Origin: Octopus bimaculoides
Lineage: Eukaryota
Assembly (NCBI RefSeq): GCF_001194135.2
Contig: NC_068982.1
Location: 178,847,692-178,911,691 of the forward strand
Length of the DNA: 64,000 nucleotides
Direction: 5' to 3'
Shown: positions 26,391-40,385 of the stretch, piece after piece
Position numbering within the stretch: position 1 is the stretch's first letter
How the letters are laid out: each line of letters begins with the position of its first letter
Position numbers and translations under genes: made by a program
Notes under the pieces: model-generated
Told to the model about the DNA's origin: nothing
What the model saw: the letters and a program-made list of their open reading frames with translations, nothing else
Databases searched by the model: none

Positions 26391-28724
26391 GCACACACAT
26401 TATTTTCAGAATCCAATAGAATCGAGGAATATTAATAACAAAGGCACCAAAGTAGAGTCAAGGACAGCATACCCGTGTATCAACAGTATATACGGACACT
26501 CACCTACTTACTAAAGCAAATACTGAATTGACCTTCCAGTTACCCATGACTGCGCAAGTATAGACAAAATACACGTAACATCCCAAAACATCTCCAACAT
26601 GTAGTCGACGGTCCGCTGTAGGCTCAAGGCCTAATTCAGGGAAGGTTCCGAGTGTGGTGAGGTATAAATAATAATCTATACATACTGATGTTTACTAAAA
26701 TAGTTTCAGACGTATTGTTTTAATAAACAAATCAACTACATCATTAAAAAAAAACTGTTTCCTTCAGGTGAATTAAAATTAAAATACAATTTAACGTGTA
26801 GGATTTTTCACACAGATAATATAGGATGTATATTGACTCTCTCATCTCAGTACCAGTTGAGAGAGTACATTGAGGGATGATATTTTGATGTTAAATATAC
26901 ATGGTAATAAATCTGCCTACACTTCTAGACGACGAAGAAAGAAGAAAAAAATCACATCCTAGTTATAGGAGGCTAAAGGGTATTCTCAGTTAAAATAGAT
27001 TGGTTGACGTAACGATTATTTTATGTGACGTGATGACAAGCGAAGAAAGAAAAGATGACAAAGAATAAAAATGAAATATAGAATGTAATAAATAAGTACA
27101 AATAAGTACAAATAAAAGTCACTAAATAATCATTATAAAGAAACTATGAAACACACACACAGTCACATGTGCGTGTTTGTGTGTATATATATGTGTGTGT
27201 GTATGTGTGTGCATATCTATATACATATATATGAGGTACTTTTATGAACGTGTGTGTTTTATGTGCTTCACGTGTATGTATGTCTTTAATATTGTTTTCT
27301 TTTATTGTTCCCTTATAATGATTATTCTATATTACTTCTATTCACTAATTTTGCAGAGTTCTCTTTCCCTTCACTTTGTACCAATTGTTGTAGGAGTGGT
27401 ATTTCCCCAGAGAAATTCTAGATATTCACTTTATATAACGCGTGGAAAATATTCTCTAGATCCACCCTTTCCACTATACAAGATTCACCATATTGTATAC
27501 AACCATGTCAAGTAAGAAATACCCCATCCCTACTCTGAGAGAGAATGCATTGTTGTGATAACACCCATGGATTCGATCATGAAGATGCTTTACTCATTCT
27601 TACATTATACTGTGAATAAGCTCAATGTTTGAAATGTTTACGAGTAGTTATGGTTGCACAGACTTCAACACTGAATACTCTACTATCATCAGTCTCTTTC
27701 TTCAACCCGACATCCATCTGAAAATTTTTAAGGGACATCAAGACGTTATTCAAGAATACAGTCACCTGACGTATGTATCGAACCTCTACAGATGATTCCT
27801 CCCGAACCATCCCTAGCGCCGGGTACTTACGAAACGAATTAACTTGTATCTAGCACAGGTACAGCAAAATGGAAGAATGTATTATCCATATTATATAGTT
27901 CCGAAAGTTACTGGAAGTCAACAAATATTCATCATTAGCTACCAGTCATCTTCAGTGTCTCAAGTCTAAGAAACAGAACTTTTCCAACACACATTTGAAG
28001 TTACCAATCATCGCAACACAACCGCTACTATTCCCAAGACTATCTATTGGGCGGAGATAAAACGTTGCTGTCCTGTATGTACATTTAGTTAGGCTGCATA
28101 ATGTTCGTTCGGCTGAGCAATGAATTTAAGGATTACGCAGCAACAGACAATGTTACGAATTCAGAGCTACAGGAAAGAATGAACCTCAACTGTATCGCAT
28201 ACATAAATATGGAATATTTACCACAAGTTAATTTTCAGTTCAGTATATGTATACAGTTGTCAGATGTACATCATAATTAACGTGAGTGAGATACATTTCA
28301 ACGGAATTTTCAAAAAACAAAAAGTTTATTAAAAATGCGAAATGGTTTTATTTACAACCTTGAATTGAAGAATTTTGAAAAATACACGTAAAACTTCACA
28401 TTTGTTACACTATATAAATTAAATATAGATGAGCTTGTGGAAAATCTTCTACTTTACGATATTTTATGTTCAAGAACTGTGCGTTTATTACTAGGTTGCG
28501 TGATATATATCCTCTTACTACTGTAAAAGTCACGTGGTATTAGAAAGCTGTCTCCTCATCACATCCATCTCACGCACAAACACTCACATAAACGCTCATA
28601 TATATTTATAACTGGTAAGTCATGCTTAGTACTATTACCTCTTAGAGAGGTAAAACAGCAGGTGAAATGTAAAGTATAAATTTTATTGACATTATTAGAG
28701 AGTCTATTTCTACCGAGGTCGATA

Positions 28725-28800
28725 GAGTAAGTACCAGTTAAACACTGGGGCCTTACTCCTTCCCCCAAATTGCTGGCCTTGTACCAAAAATCGAAATTAT
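28725..28800 (+). mobile_element. SINE family A 3' fragment
   Basis: gaggtcgatagagtaagtaccagttaaacactgggg...cccaaattgctggccttgtaccaaaa. Confidence 0.7.
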
Positions 28801-29268
28801 TATTAACGAGTTCATTGACTGGCAGCGTTCTGCATTTTGCTTCTGTTTGTAACATTCTCAATTAAATAGGATCGGGAAGCTGCCGATGATATTTAGTATT
28901 CAGGGACAGTAAGTCCCCAGTGTTTTTGTCTTAGGCTAAATACTTTAATTATTTTCACGCTTTTGTTTTTTTTTTTGATTTTTCGAACTGATATGAAAAT
29001 TTTTAGACGATTAGATATGTTATTTTTTAATGGAAGTGTTTGTGTATGAGTTAGTGAATATTTTCAATAATGAGCTATCTGGTTAGTAAACTGAAACCAG
29101 ATTTAAGATGCTTAACTTTGTTAACAAATATGGAAATATTTTCGTTGTTATTGGCAGCAACTGAGTACAATATATAGTTTTATATGACGTGTGCTATAGT
29201 CGAAAACATTAGCAGCTTAATGAGAAATGGGCTAAAAGTGAGATCATTATATATATGTGTGTGTGTGT

Positions 29269-29591
29269 GAGGGCCAGCGGCTTAGTGGTTAGGGCATTTG
29301 ACTCACGACTGTAAGAAACTTTATTTCACGAGAAAGAAACTTTATTTCACGAGGAAGAAACTTTATTTCACGTTGCTCCAGTCCACTCAGCTGACAAAAC
29401 TGAGTTGTACATGTATTTCAAAGGGCCAGTCTCATCACACTCTGTTTCACGCTGAATCTCCCTGAGAACTATGTTAGGGGTACGCGTGTACCCCAAGTGG
29501 ATAGCTCAGCCACTTGCACGTTAATTTCACGAACAAGCTGTTCTGTTGATCGTATCAGTTGGGACCCACGTCGTCGTAACCGACGGAGTGC
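29269..29591 (+). mobile_element. SINE: head C plus tail X, with an internal 21-bp triplication
   Basis: cttagtggttagggcatttgactcacg (A-box region); aagaaactttatttcacgag repeated three times at 29313-29372; tail X ending aaccgacggagtgc. Confidence 0.85.
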
Positions 29592-29592
29592 T

Positions 29593-29725
29593 TCTTTATA
29601 TATATAATGTCATATAATAAATGCCAAAACTAATTTCTGTGTGTCACTATTCATTGAAACTCCTACTGTTGCTCATCTTGGGGTGAGAGTAATAGTAGGC
29701 ATACAGACGGTGAGGGTTGTGACGA

Positions 29726-29777
<52 letters not shown>

Positions 29778-30411
29778 AGGGAAAGAGAGGGAGAGAAAGA
29801 AAGATAAAGAAATTTAGGGAGAGTTGATGTTTTTTACTAAAAGAAGTAGTGTTGATGGTGACAGTGGGAGTAATGATAAGAAAGAGAGAGAGAGAAAGAG
29901 TGGTTATGTGAGAGAAAGAGGGACTTGAACTAACATGCTGAAGTAACATATTGAACGAACAAACACATTTAACCATTTTGTGATGGTAATAGGATGATAG
30001 TAATAGTATGAGCTGTATTTGGATAGAGGCGGAGGCGGTGGTGAGGGTGGTGGTGTTGGTGGTGGTGGTAGCCGAGGCGGTGAGGGATGATTTCAGAGTA
30101 AGTGATGTGAAAGATAGTGGTTATGGAGGGGAAGGCGACGGAGTCAATGGTATTGATGGCAGTGACGTCAGAAGTCTGAATGGTGTGTGTTTGGCAGATG
30201 TGGTGGCGATGGTGGTGGTTCTATTGTTTATCATGCAATTTTGCAATAAGTTCAAAGTCGACAAATTCATTGCTTGAAAAATATTCTTGAAGTTTAATAA
30301 AATTCGATATTTATTCAAGGCATGAAGTGTCATTGTTGCGCCCAAGGCCCACTGAAGAGCACTCCACAGGAGCTAGCTTAAAAACCGCCAGATAGGGCGG
30401 CTTTAAGCTAG
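29593..30411 (+). mobile_element. Putative non-autonomous Helitron-like element
   Basis: 5' TCTTTATATATATAA; 3' GC-rich hairpin CCGCC-agatag-GGCGG (30385-30400) 7 nt before a terminal CTAG (30408-30411) followed by T; interior is GA- and GTG-rich. The 5' boundary is uncertain. Confidence 0.5.
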
Positions 30412-31044
30412 TATATATTTGTATGTATGCATGTATGTATATATATATAACCTTTTCAAATTTTTGCCACACACACACACATATATATATATGATGCGTG
30501 TGTTCGTGGAGAATGGTAAGTAGGGAAACGGGACTTTAAAAAAGCGATTCAAAGAATAATAGATTAAGAAATTGAAGTATTGAATTATGTGTAGTAAGGT
30601 TCAAATGTTGTAGAAAAAGATAGTGATCATGAGGACGTTAGTTTGTGGAAGTGGATGTGACTCACATATCTGTCTAAGTGTCTGTGGAAGGCGGTGGGGA
30701 TTGGGAGCTGTGACTATTTTACATATAAAAAACGAAATTTGTTTATATATATATATATATTAACGAATTCATTATTTGTATGCAGGTTTAGGTTAGAAGG
30801 CTAGAATCACATAGTTGATTGCCATATATTACTTTCATCGTATCAATACTATGTGCCCCTCCGTACACCGATGGAGGCCGAAAAGAGAGATATCACAGTA
30901 ACATGAAGGGAGTAATGTTGAAAGGATTTGAAGATTAAAAATTTGTATATGTAGGTATTTTCTACGGCAGCTTTGCTGGTGTCATTTTGTGTGAATGTTA
31001 AGTATGCATATATGTGCGTGTGAATGAATAGATGTATGTGTATA

Positions 31045-31105
31045 CATGTATGTATGTATGTATGTATGTATGTATGTATGTATGTATGTATGTATGTATG
31101 TATGT
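31045..31105. repeat. (TATG)n microsatellite
   Basis: Visible tandem tetranucleotide. Confidence 0.95.
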
Positions 31106-33889
31106 ATATATGTACGTGTGTATGTGCGTGTATATATGTGTGTGAACCTGTACGTATATATACTATCAGGTAGGATATTATCGGAGATACCTATGAGCCT
31201 AGAGCTTTGTACTGAAGCTTTTGTTAAACTAGCGTCTATAAAATGGTCAGCAAAATGGGTGCCCTGATTAACTGCCATACATTATTTTAAGTACAAAGAG
31301 GTTAAACTGAAGACGTTTTACTTTTTGCCTCTAATGTATATTAATGGAGGCTACATTTTATATGAAAGGAATCAAAATAGTATTGAATAAATGAGTAATC
31401 TGCAGATTAAATATTTAAATCGGTCTTTATTCAGAATTCTATCTGATAAATATAATAGCAACGACTGAGTAAAATTCAGCATTTCCTTTTGTGTAAAAGA
31501 AATGGATTTTTATTGCGTTACTAGACCTGAACAAGCGTTTATATTATCATTCTTTAACGTTATACATGGTACTCGTTCATTACAATAAGCGTATTCCTTG
31601 GAAAGCGTCCTTTGTTTTACAATTTTGCTGTACTCGTTTGTTCCTTGAATATCATAAATGTTTCTAATTGGCGCCAAAGTACTACGAGTGATAAACAAAC
31701 TCTTTTTCTTATATTCTTTTTATATTTCAACCCAATCTCTAATAAAATGCTGCACTTTCATAGTATTTAACAATAACTCTGGATTAATTTTATATTGCTT
31801 TCTACTGTAATGCAACACTCGATACCAATAACTCATATCTAATTTACTATTCACTCATTGGAAGTAAATGTTCATATGATGCTTCTTACAAATAGTAATG
31901 GTATATTTATATTATATATCGTACCGCTGAAGTGTATTATCATCATATACAAGTAGAATAACAAGTAAAAAGGAAGGAAGAGAGTTTCTTACAATACAAG
32001 GAGGAAAGTTTAAAAACAAAACATTATATATCTCATGCGAAAATGCTCATCTTCAGAAGAATACATTGAAGAAACTTGAGTCTACATAAATCCTACCGTT
32101 AAGATAGCCGAGAGAGTAATGACATCTCTCCTACCTCAACTTTATCCACGTTCAGTGTGATAACAGTAATAGTTCTTCAAAAGATTTTGTTTGTGGCTGT
32201 AGAGATCACAGTGGAGACGGTGGTGGATGGCTGACTACATGTTGTCAGAAGTAGTGTACTCGTCCAGCTTTCCTAATGGCAGGATCTACGTACAGTCACA
32301 TTTCTTAACTGCATTCTTTTGAAGATGGATCTTTGCGAATGAATATAGAATTTGTTTTTAAATATTTTCCGCCTTGCGTCGTAAGAAGCTTTCCCCACTT
32401 TCTTTTTGTTTGTTAGTCTATTTCCGTATCCCAGTGCTTCATGTCAACGATAATGTTTTCCTTTTATCAAATATCTTTCTGGCTATATATGTTCTGAACA
32501 TTTCCTTGGTGTCTGTGAAGAAATCGTAATCCTTCTAAGGAGGTTTAATCACATTTATGGCTTTTTATTTCTTAATGAATTCATTCTGAAGCGTTAGTTT
32601 AAGATGCACTGATTAAGATTCTTTATTTGATTTCACTGCTCTGTTTTATCAGAATTTTATATATTTAAGCCAAATACGTTAAAACCTCATTAAGACACAT
32701 ACTAACGCTTTTCTCTTCACTAATTATATTAATGAATTATATTAGAAATTACTGTTACGTTACTAATTCTATAAGCTTTTTTTTTCTATTTAAAACAAAA
32801 TGCCTTTGTTTATAAGATTTCGAAAACGCCATTACATTACTCGGCAGTCAAAGGTTTGTTATTTCTCTCTGTTAAAACAAATAAATGAATAAATACGAGG
32901 CTAAATCTTCAAAACAAATGATTACAATAACATAAGGAATATATTGCTTTTTCCCTTTGAATGTCATGGAATTATGCTGTAGAAAATGTCTAAATTTTTG
33001 GCGGTTTCATAATTAAGTCGTTATAATCGACTATTTTTCTCCCCGACCGCTTATTTTTAGGCTTGTATGAATATGAGAAATAATTATTAGTACCCATATC
33101 TTTATCATATTTTTCAACAATCACAGAAAAAGCTAAGACAGTTATTTCTTAAAATAGTTGTACTTCGTTCATATATTTTTTAAAGAGTGGAATTTATCTC
33201 CTTAGCAAAGCCACAGCCAATTGGCTTAAGCCAGTATAATATTAAGTAAACTATAAAAATTTCCAAAAATTTATAATCTCCTCGAATTTCTTTCACTGAC
33301 TATATATTTTAAACATTATCTCTGCAACAAAATTATAGTAAGCATCTCTAAAAGTCTTATATTTGTTTCTTCGTCAGAAGCATTTAATATTTAACAGAAT
33401 ATTTATCAATATTAATCGTCACCGTATCACAGATTAGACAAATGGTATTCGTAGAATTGTCACATAAAAACCAACAACACTATCTTTACTTAACTATGAA
33501 AAAGAGTATAGTTCACTCTAAACTTCTGTACTCAATCCTATATAAGAATTGGTTTAATTACTTATTGATCGAGATTATAAAACTATATTTAATGTAACCA
33601 TATTTAAGAAAATACCCAAAAATTACAATTTTCTGGCTTTGGTATTGCTGCAAATCTGAGGTTCTATATTTTCTATAAGACTTCCTATATCATCAAATAG
33701 AATGATGTCATGATTTTTCAGTAAGGAAGCAAGTATATATAAATTACAATTGTGCAATGATGTAAATTGCCATCTTAATCGACCTTCAAGTCCTCATTCA
33801 TTGACGACTGGCGTATCACATCTAATGTTTTAGCAACGTTTTTCTTGATCTGGACTTGAGAGCTCAGTTCCAGGTACCTAATTCACAGT

Positions 33890-34195
33890 GGTGAAGGCAC
33901 ATGGCTCAGTGGTTAGAGTGAGTCCAGTTTCCCGACTGGGCTGTGTGCTGTGTTCTTAAGCAAGACTCTTTATTTCACGTTGTTCCAATTCACTCAGCTC
34001 TAGAAATGAATTGCGACGTTACTGGGGGCTAAGCTGTATCGGCCGTTGCTTATTCTTTGGATAACATCGGTGGCGGGAAGAGGGGAGGCTGGTATGCATG
34101 GGTGACTGCTTGGCACAACCTTGCTCGGATTTGTACCTCGGAGGGGAGTCTCTTGGTGTAGTCCTATGCCCATTTATGACCGAAGGGAGTTTTAA
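33890..34195 (+). mobile_element. SINE: head C plus tail Y
   Basis: ggctcagtggttagag (A box); tgtgttcttaagcaagactctttatttcacgttg central domain; tail ttggataacatcggtggcg...ggtatgcatggg...atgaccgaaggg. Confidence 0.8.
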
Positions 34196-35410
34196 CTTTT
34201 TACTTCACATATAATTTCCTTTTAATTTAGTTAATAATTCTAAAGACAATTAACTACGTCTCAAATACATCATATTCATCATAACACTACCATTATTTTA
34301 CATTTGATTGTCTAAATGAAAGGTTTCTATCCTGTATGAGCACTGGTACTGTTGTTAATCTCTATGAATGATGAATCAATCCAAAATGGAAACAGAGTTG
34401 CAGATTAAGGTTAAATATTTTGGAAAGTGTTGGGAATTAGAAATAATCAATACAGATGTGTTCTGGTATTCCTTATAGATACGTGTGATATATTCGCCTA
34501 ACCTCAGCTAATATATGTATTTAATAAATTAGATTCGTAGATAGTGTTCGCACTAAAACACTTAGCTCATAACTACCGTTAGAAAAGTGGTATGGGTAAT
34601 GGTTCACTTGCATTGCTCATTCAGAAGTGCTAATACAGTAGTATATCCAACCTTCAGAAATTCTGATTCCGAAATATTTTAAACATACGAAACGACGCTC
34701 GCATACTATTACAAACACAAGATAATGAGAATTCCCGCAAACGCACTTGAAATGCTCTGACAATTTATATAGAAACTTGTATATCGTAACTTTATATCAC
34801 TTTCCGAATTTAATTTATTTTTATTGTTCGCTGATCTATCTCTGTTCATCTTCATTAGGGAGAATTTCTTGAACTTCTTAATTAAGTTACTATCGTTTAT
34901 CTCTTATCTGATCTAAAGTAGCTTCTTGGCGTTAACTCAGTTTTATATAGACACATCAATAATTCAATTTTCTCTTTAAACCTCCGATTGAATGATATTC
35001 ATATTATTGTTGTTTATCTATATATGCATCTGTCTGTCTATCATTTATCTACCTCTGGACACTCACACTAACACACAATTACATGCGCACATATATGTAT
35101 GTATCTTCGTATATGCACACATACACGCACACATGAGCGTACAATTACATGCGCATGTATATGTGTTTATCTACGTGTATGCGCACACACATGCACACAT
35201 ACATGCATACATGCATGCACATATGCACACACACAAACACACAAACACACACACACGTATATATAAATATATACATGCATACATATATGTATACATATAT
35301 ATATATATATATATATATCTTTATATATATTAATATTTCACTTAGGTATAGCGACACAATATATATATATATATATATGTAGGTATGTATATACATATGT
35401 ATGTGCGTAT

Positions 35411-35441
<31 letters not shown>

Positions 35442-36254
35442 CGGAATTTTCTTTTAAAGGAATATTAGAAGCACGACTGTGTAATAATCTTATTTAAATA
35501 TTTCTCTTAACGTTTCTAGATGTTGATTTTCCCATCGGCCGGATGAAGTTAATATAGTACACGCACACACATACGCATGTACACACACACACAGAAGCTT
35601 ATATATATAAATATATACATATATATATTTATTTATACGAAATAAGAAAATGATGTAACACTAGCAGAATGTGTGAACTCCTTTGTGTAGTTGGTGTTGC
35701 GAAGAGACTCGCAACCAACTACAGGTATAGTTTATCGCACACTCTTACGGCAACGATTAGATTTCTGTTGAAAAATTCAATCTAATAGAATATGCATCAA
35801 TTTGACATGATTACCGTAATTCAAAGAGAAATATCATGAAAACAGCAGGCATTTAACGACACATAATTTGTTTTACACTACAGTAATGCTGACATAATTG
35901 GGGTGTGTGGCAGACAACAAGATAGTAGCCAAGGAAAGATCCTATGCACGGTTGTTCAACCTGCTAGAGATAACAGCTAAGTTTATATAATACACTTTTC
36001 TTTTTATTTAACGGTGTGAGTCAGATTTGAACTTACTATATACATACCGGCACATCCCTCCCCATATACATTTCTGTGGTATGTCAAAAGAATTCATGCT
36101 GTGGCACCTGTTTCTTCTGCCAGCCAGCACAGCTGAGCATTATGTAGTAGAATGTGAAAAACTTTCGCCGGGCTCAAAAGTCATACAAGGGCCTCACATT
36201 GTATCAACATCGGCTCATTTCAATGATTATTTCGTATACGAAAAAACATCTGAG

Positions 36255-36490
36255 ATGTATGTATGTATGTATGTATGTATGTATGTATGTATGTATGTGT
36301 GTATGTATGTATGAATGTATGTATGTATGTATGCATGCATGTATGTATATATGTATGTATGTATGTGTGTATGTATGTATGAATGTATGTATGTATACAT
36401 GCATGTATGTATATATGTATGTATGCATGCGTGTATGCATATATGTATGTATGTATATGTTTGTATGTATGTATATGTATGTATGTATAA
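36255..36490. repeat. Degenerate (TATG)n microsatellite
   Basis: Long imperfect tetranucleotide tract that generates the YVCM ORFs. Confidence 0.95.
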
Positions 36491-37319
36491 TACATTCTTT
36501 ATAAAAAATATATATATATTTGTATATGTATGCATATATGTATACATCTATGTATATGTGTGTGTGCCTTCGTATGCATTTATGTATATGTACGAGTGTA
36601 TATCTATATATATGAATGTATCAAGATTGTGCTTCGACATAGTGACCATTAACAACTTGCTGTTAGAAGTCAATATACATATTCCTAAGAAGTGAGATTT
36701 AGACGAGTGCAGAGCGTAATAGGAAATTAAAAGAATAACAGGGTAACAGGAATTTCTTAATCAACTTCATTATAATACAGTTCTTTCAGCTACAAGATGC
36801 ATTGAACTCACAGTTGAATACTTATGCATCACCTTATAGGTTCTCAGGAGCCTTTAAAATGAAGTCTTCCTTTTAGCGACTGCGAGGAAGTGATGTACAA
36901 GCACTCAGATTTGACGGTAATGTATCCAATAGCAGAAACAACTGTAAGGCAATAGAATGTATTACGTAATTCCTAAACGCATTACTATACGCATACAAGC
37001 ACCCGCACGCTCACATACACACACATACACACACATACTCACACACACGCACACACATGATATACGAGGTGGTAGGAAAGTGTTCACTGACTAGTTCTGT
37101 AGCGCGCAAACAGATGTTAAAACTTAGGTAAATAAGCTACTTTTATTAAACATAACTAGTTTCGTGAACCTTTGGTACCACCTCGTATAATTTATAAGCA
37201 TGCTAGTATATATTATTCTTGGTAGGAATACAGAGTGTGAACTATAAAAGAAGGGTTGAAAAGGCTAAATAGCCATTGGAGAAAGTGTCAAATTTTCTCA
37301 CAACAAGAAACTTAATTGC

Positions 37320-37525
37320 TGTTTTTTAAATTTGGCACAAAGTCAGCAATTTCGAGGGAGGGAGAAAGTCGATTACATCGGCCCCAGTGCTCAACCGGTA
37401 CTTGATTTATCGAATCCTAAAGTATGAAAGTCAAAGTCGACCTCGGCGGAATTTGAACTCAAAATGTAATGACGGACGAAAAACCGCTAAGTATTTTGTC
37501 AGGAATACTAACGATTCTCTCAGCT
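37320..37525 (-). mobile_element. SINE family A
   Basis: Plus strand aatttggcacaaag...gtcgattacatcg...ggtactt...gtcgacctcggcggaatttgaactc...ctaacgattct is the reverse complement of family A. Confidence 0.85.
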
Positions 37526-37549
37526 TACAACCTTGAAGAAACATAGATA

Positions 37550-37766
37550 TTGGTTTCAAATTTTGGGACAGGCCATCTATTTCGGGGGAGCTATGTAAGT
37601 CGATTACATCGTCCCAGTGCTCAACTGGTACTTATTTCATCGACCGCAAAAGAATGAAACGCGAAGTCGACCTCGGCGGAATTTGAACTCAGAACGTAAA
37701 GACGAACGAAATGCCGCTAATCATTTAATCCGGTGTTCTAACGATTCTACTAGATCGCCGCCTTAA
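37550..37766 (-). mobile_element. SINE family A (tandem with the previous copy)
   Basis: Same motifs: gtcgattacatcg, caactggtactta, gtcgacctcggcggaatttgaactcagaacgtaaagacg, ctaacgattct. Confidence 0.85.
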
Positions 37767-39144
37767 GAAACACAAATATTCAGAGCAGAAATTGATTATT
37801 ATACTTTTTTCGTTTCTATAACATGAACGGAAACAGCCACCAGGAAGTGTGTTCTCAGCTACATTACAATCTTTCTGGGTTAGGGTTCTATAGAAGAGTT
37901 TTAAGCAGATCTTTAACTTTATAGATATTATAAAAGGGAGAAAACTAAAATATTTGGGACAATAATTTCTTTAAAATGCTGTAAATAGAAAGTAAAAGGA
38001 ATGGAAAAACCAAAACTTATTTAGATGAATATTATTACTTGTTAGACTTACTTAAAATATACTCTTACTATCAAGGTACAGCCTGGATATGATATTAATC
38101 TGCATTCGGTAGTGAGGCTCTAGTTTTTGAGTTCTAGAGTTGTGAAAAACTTGGAGTCACTCCTTAGTTAACATTACTTCTAGGTCCGTTCTTACCCATA
38201 ACGGTAGTACCACTGAAGGGACCATCTATGGGCTAAATAGAATTTTGTGAAGGAAAAATTGACCTCCGAAGCTGCTGTGAAAGCAATAAATCTAGAAGGA
38301 AATCTCTAAAATTGATACTTTTTTCCAGCATGCTCTAAACCAGCACAGAAGAGTAAGACTAATGAAACGAACATGGGTTATGTCCAGTAACGTAAATTCA
38401 TACTATGAAGGCAACTATCTCATGTTAGTGCACAGTCTGCCACAGATGGAGATTGAAGGAAATGGTAGACTATCAAAACAGCATAAGCAAGAATCCGAAA
38501 TCATGATCTATAATATTCAGGCTGCTGGTAATGGACCTTATACATTGACGTGTTTATATACGTTCATGCGTATATCTATATTTATATGTCGATGCTTGTA
38601 TAAATACTATTATGTATACATGCACACAAATATATCTGCGCACTCACACACATCCCATACATTCCCAAACGCGCACACACAAACCCGCTCATTTATCTAC
38701 AAAACGTTAACCCACCGCTATATATAGATATATAGATTTATATTTGCACTACTTGTACATGTGCTTATTTTACATCCCATACAAATTAGAATCAAACACT
38801 AAGAAGATCGGGCGCAATTACTAGATTGTTCCATACGAAAGCAATTGAAGATATATCTGTGCATTAAATAATTTCTTTGTTGATAAAAGTGGATGATTTC
38901 CTATGCAACATGAAAATATTCATATTGCTATTGATCTGTTATATATTCCCCTTACAATAGATCGTATGAATTGACTGTAATCAATGACAATTTCCTTCAT
39001 ATAAGTGAAGTTTCATTTTCAAAACTTAACATTAGCGGCAATGTTTCAAGAATTAATTATAGGAATAGATATTATACTTTATTCATGCACAGAGGATTTT
39101 CCTTCCATTTTAGAAATGCCTTCTCTTCAATATTCCTATTAATA

Positions 39145-39172
39145 CCAATATCAACATCAATATCAATATCAA

Positions 39173-39245
<73 letters not shown>

Positions 39246-39250
39246 GTCTA
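39145..39250. repeat. (CAATAT)n grading into (CTAT)n microsatellite
   Basis: Visible tandem repeats. Confidence 0.9.
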
Positions 39251-39378
39251 TGTAACTATAAATCTACATATCTCTCTCTGTATATACATGACATATGTAT
39301 ACGTGTATCTCATATATATATATGTATAAACACACACACACGCACACACACACGCTCACACACATATATGAATATATT

Positions 39379-39419
<41 letters not shown>

Positions 39420-39589
39420 GTATATGTATATATATATATGTATGTGTATATATATGTATATGTATTTATAAATTTGCGTATGTACACACACGCACACATA
39501 TATATATATAAATATATGCAAATGCGCACAAATATATATAGATATATGCATTTATGTACTTATGTATATGACGCATGTCTAGCAATGTT

Positions 39590-40385
39590 TAAGAGTGACA
39601 TCGACTGAACAGGAGGCATGAACATCAATGGCACGAACACCGAATACCCCACCGATTCTCAGATGACATTGTACTCATCATTGAAACCAGAGAGCAGTTG
39701 CCAGCTGCAGATCATGATGACAAAGCTGTAGGCCTTAAAAGGAACCGCATAAAAACAGTATATGCGGCCATATGTTGTAGCATAGGGCCGAATAGAAGTG
39801 GAAAGCGATAAAATCAAGGAGGTAACAGATCTCATCTACTTATAGCAAACAATGAATATGTGCTGAAATATGGATGCTCAAACCTCAAACAGAATAAGAG
39901 TAGGGTGGAAGGCGTTTACCGCAACAAAGGTAGCGCTCAAAATAACGATAGTCACTACTATACATGCCAGACTCTTGAATAACCCCAACGTACCTGCGCT
40001 CTCATACACATACACATGTAAGACGTGGCCACTATTAAGTGGATAGAAAGTCGAATTGCTACGACGCAGAGGCCCATGGAAAGATCAATGCTTGTAATAT
40101 TATTACGAGAGCATGTTCGTAATGAGATGATTCGAGAAAGGAGCGAAGTGAACAATGTGATCACAAAGTAACAAAAGCAAATGTTCTGTAGGGTCGGACA
40201 TGTCGATAGGCTCACAGACAATAGATAGATCTGTGCAGTTGCCGAGTGTTCTCCAAGTGATGAGAAAATGCCACTTGTAGGGCGCCCATGACGATGGGAA
40301 GAAAATTCAGTAAACGACTTGGGTCAAGATGGAATAGGATGGTACAACCAAAGCAAAATTGAAAACGCATTGTGGCCAGTGGTAT
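39590..40385 (+). mobile_element. RTE-clade LINE RT C-terminal fragment (decayed)
   Basis: GMNING..RFSDDIVLII..EQL, RIRVGWKAF, TTQRPMERSML..LLREHVRNEMIRERSEV, VGHVDRLTDNR and GRP*RWEE are typical RTE RT and C-terminal motifs, broken by stops and frameshifts. Confidence 0.85.

Noticed and set aside
27622-27850. Minus-strand micro-exon/intron/exon candidate (YKLIRF + MDVGLKKETDD...)
   Set aside because: Splice motifs are plausible, but there is no recognisable product or supporting neighbouring exons.
29313-29372. Three 21-bp direct repeats (CRISPR-like at first glance)
   Set aside because: No spacers; this is a slippage triplication inside a SINE in a eukaryotic genome.
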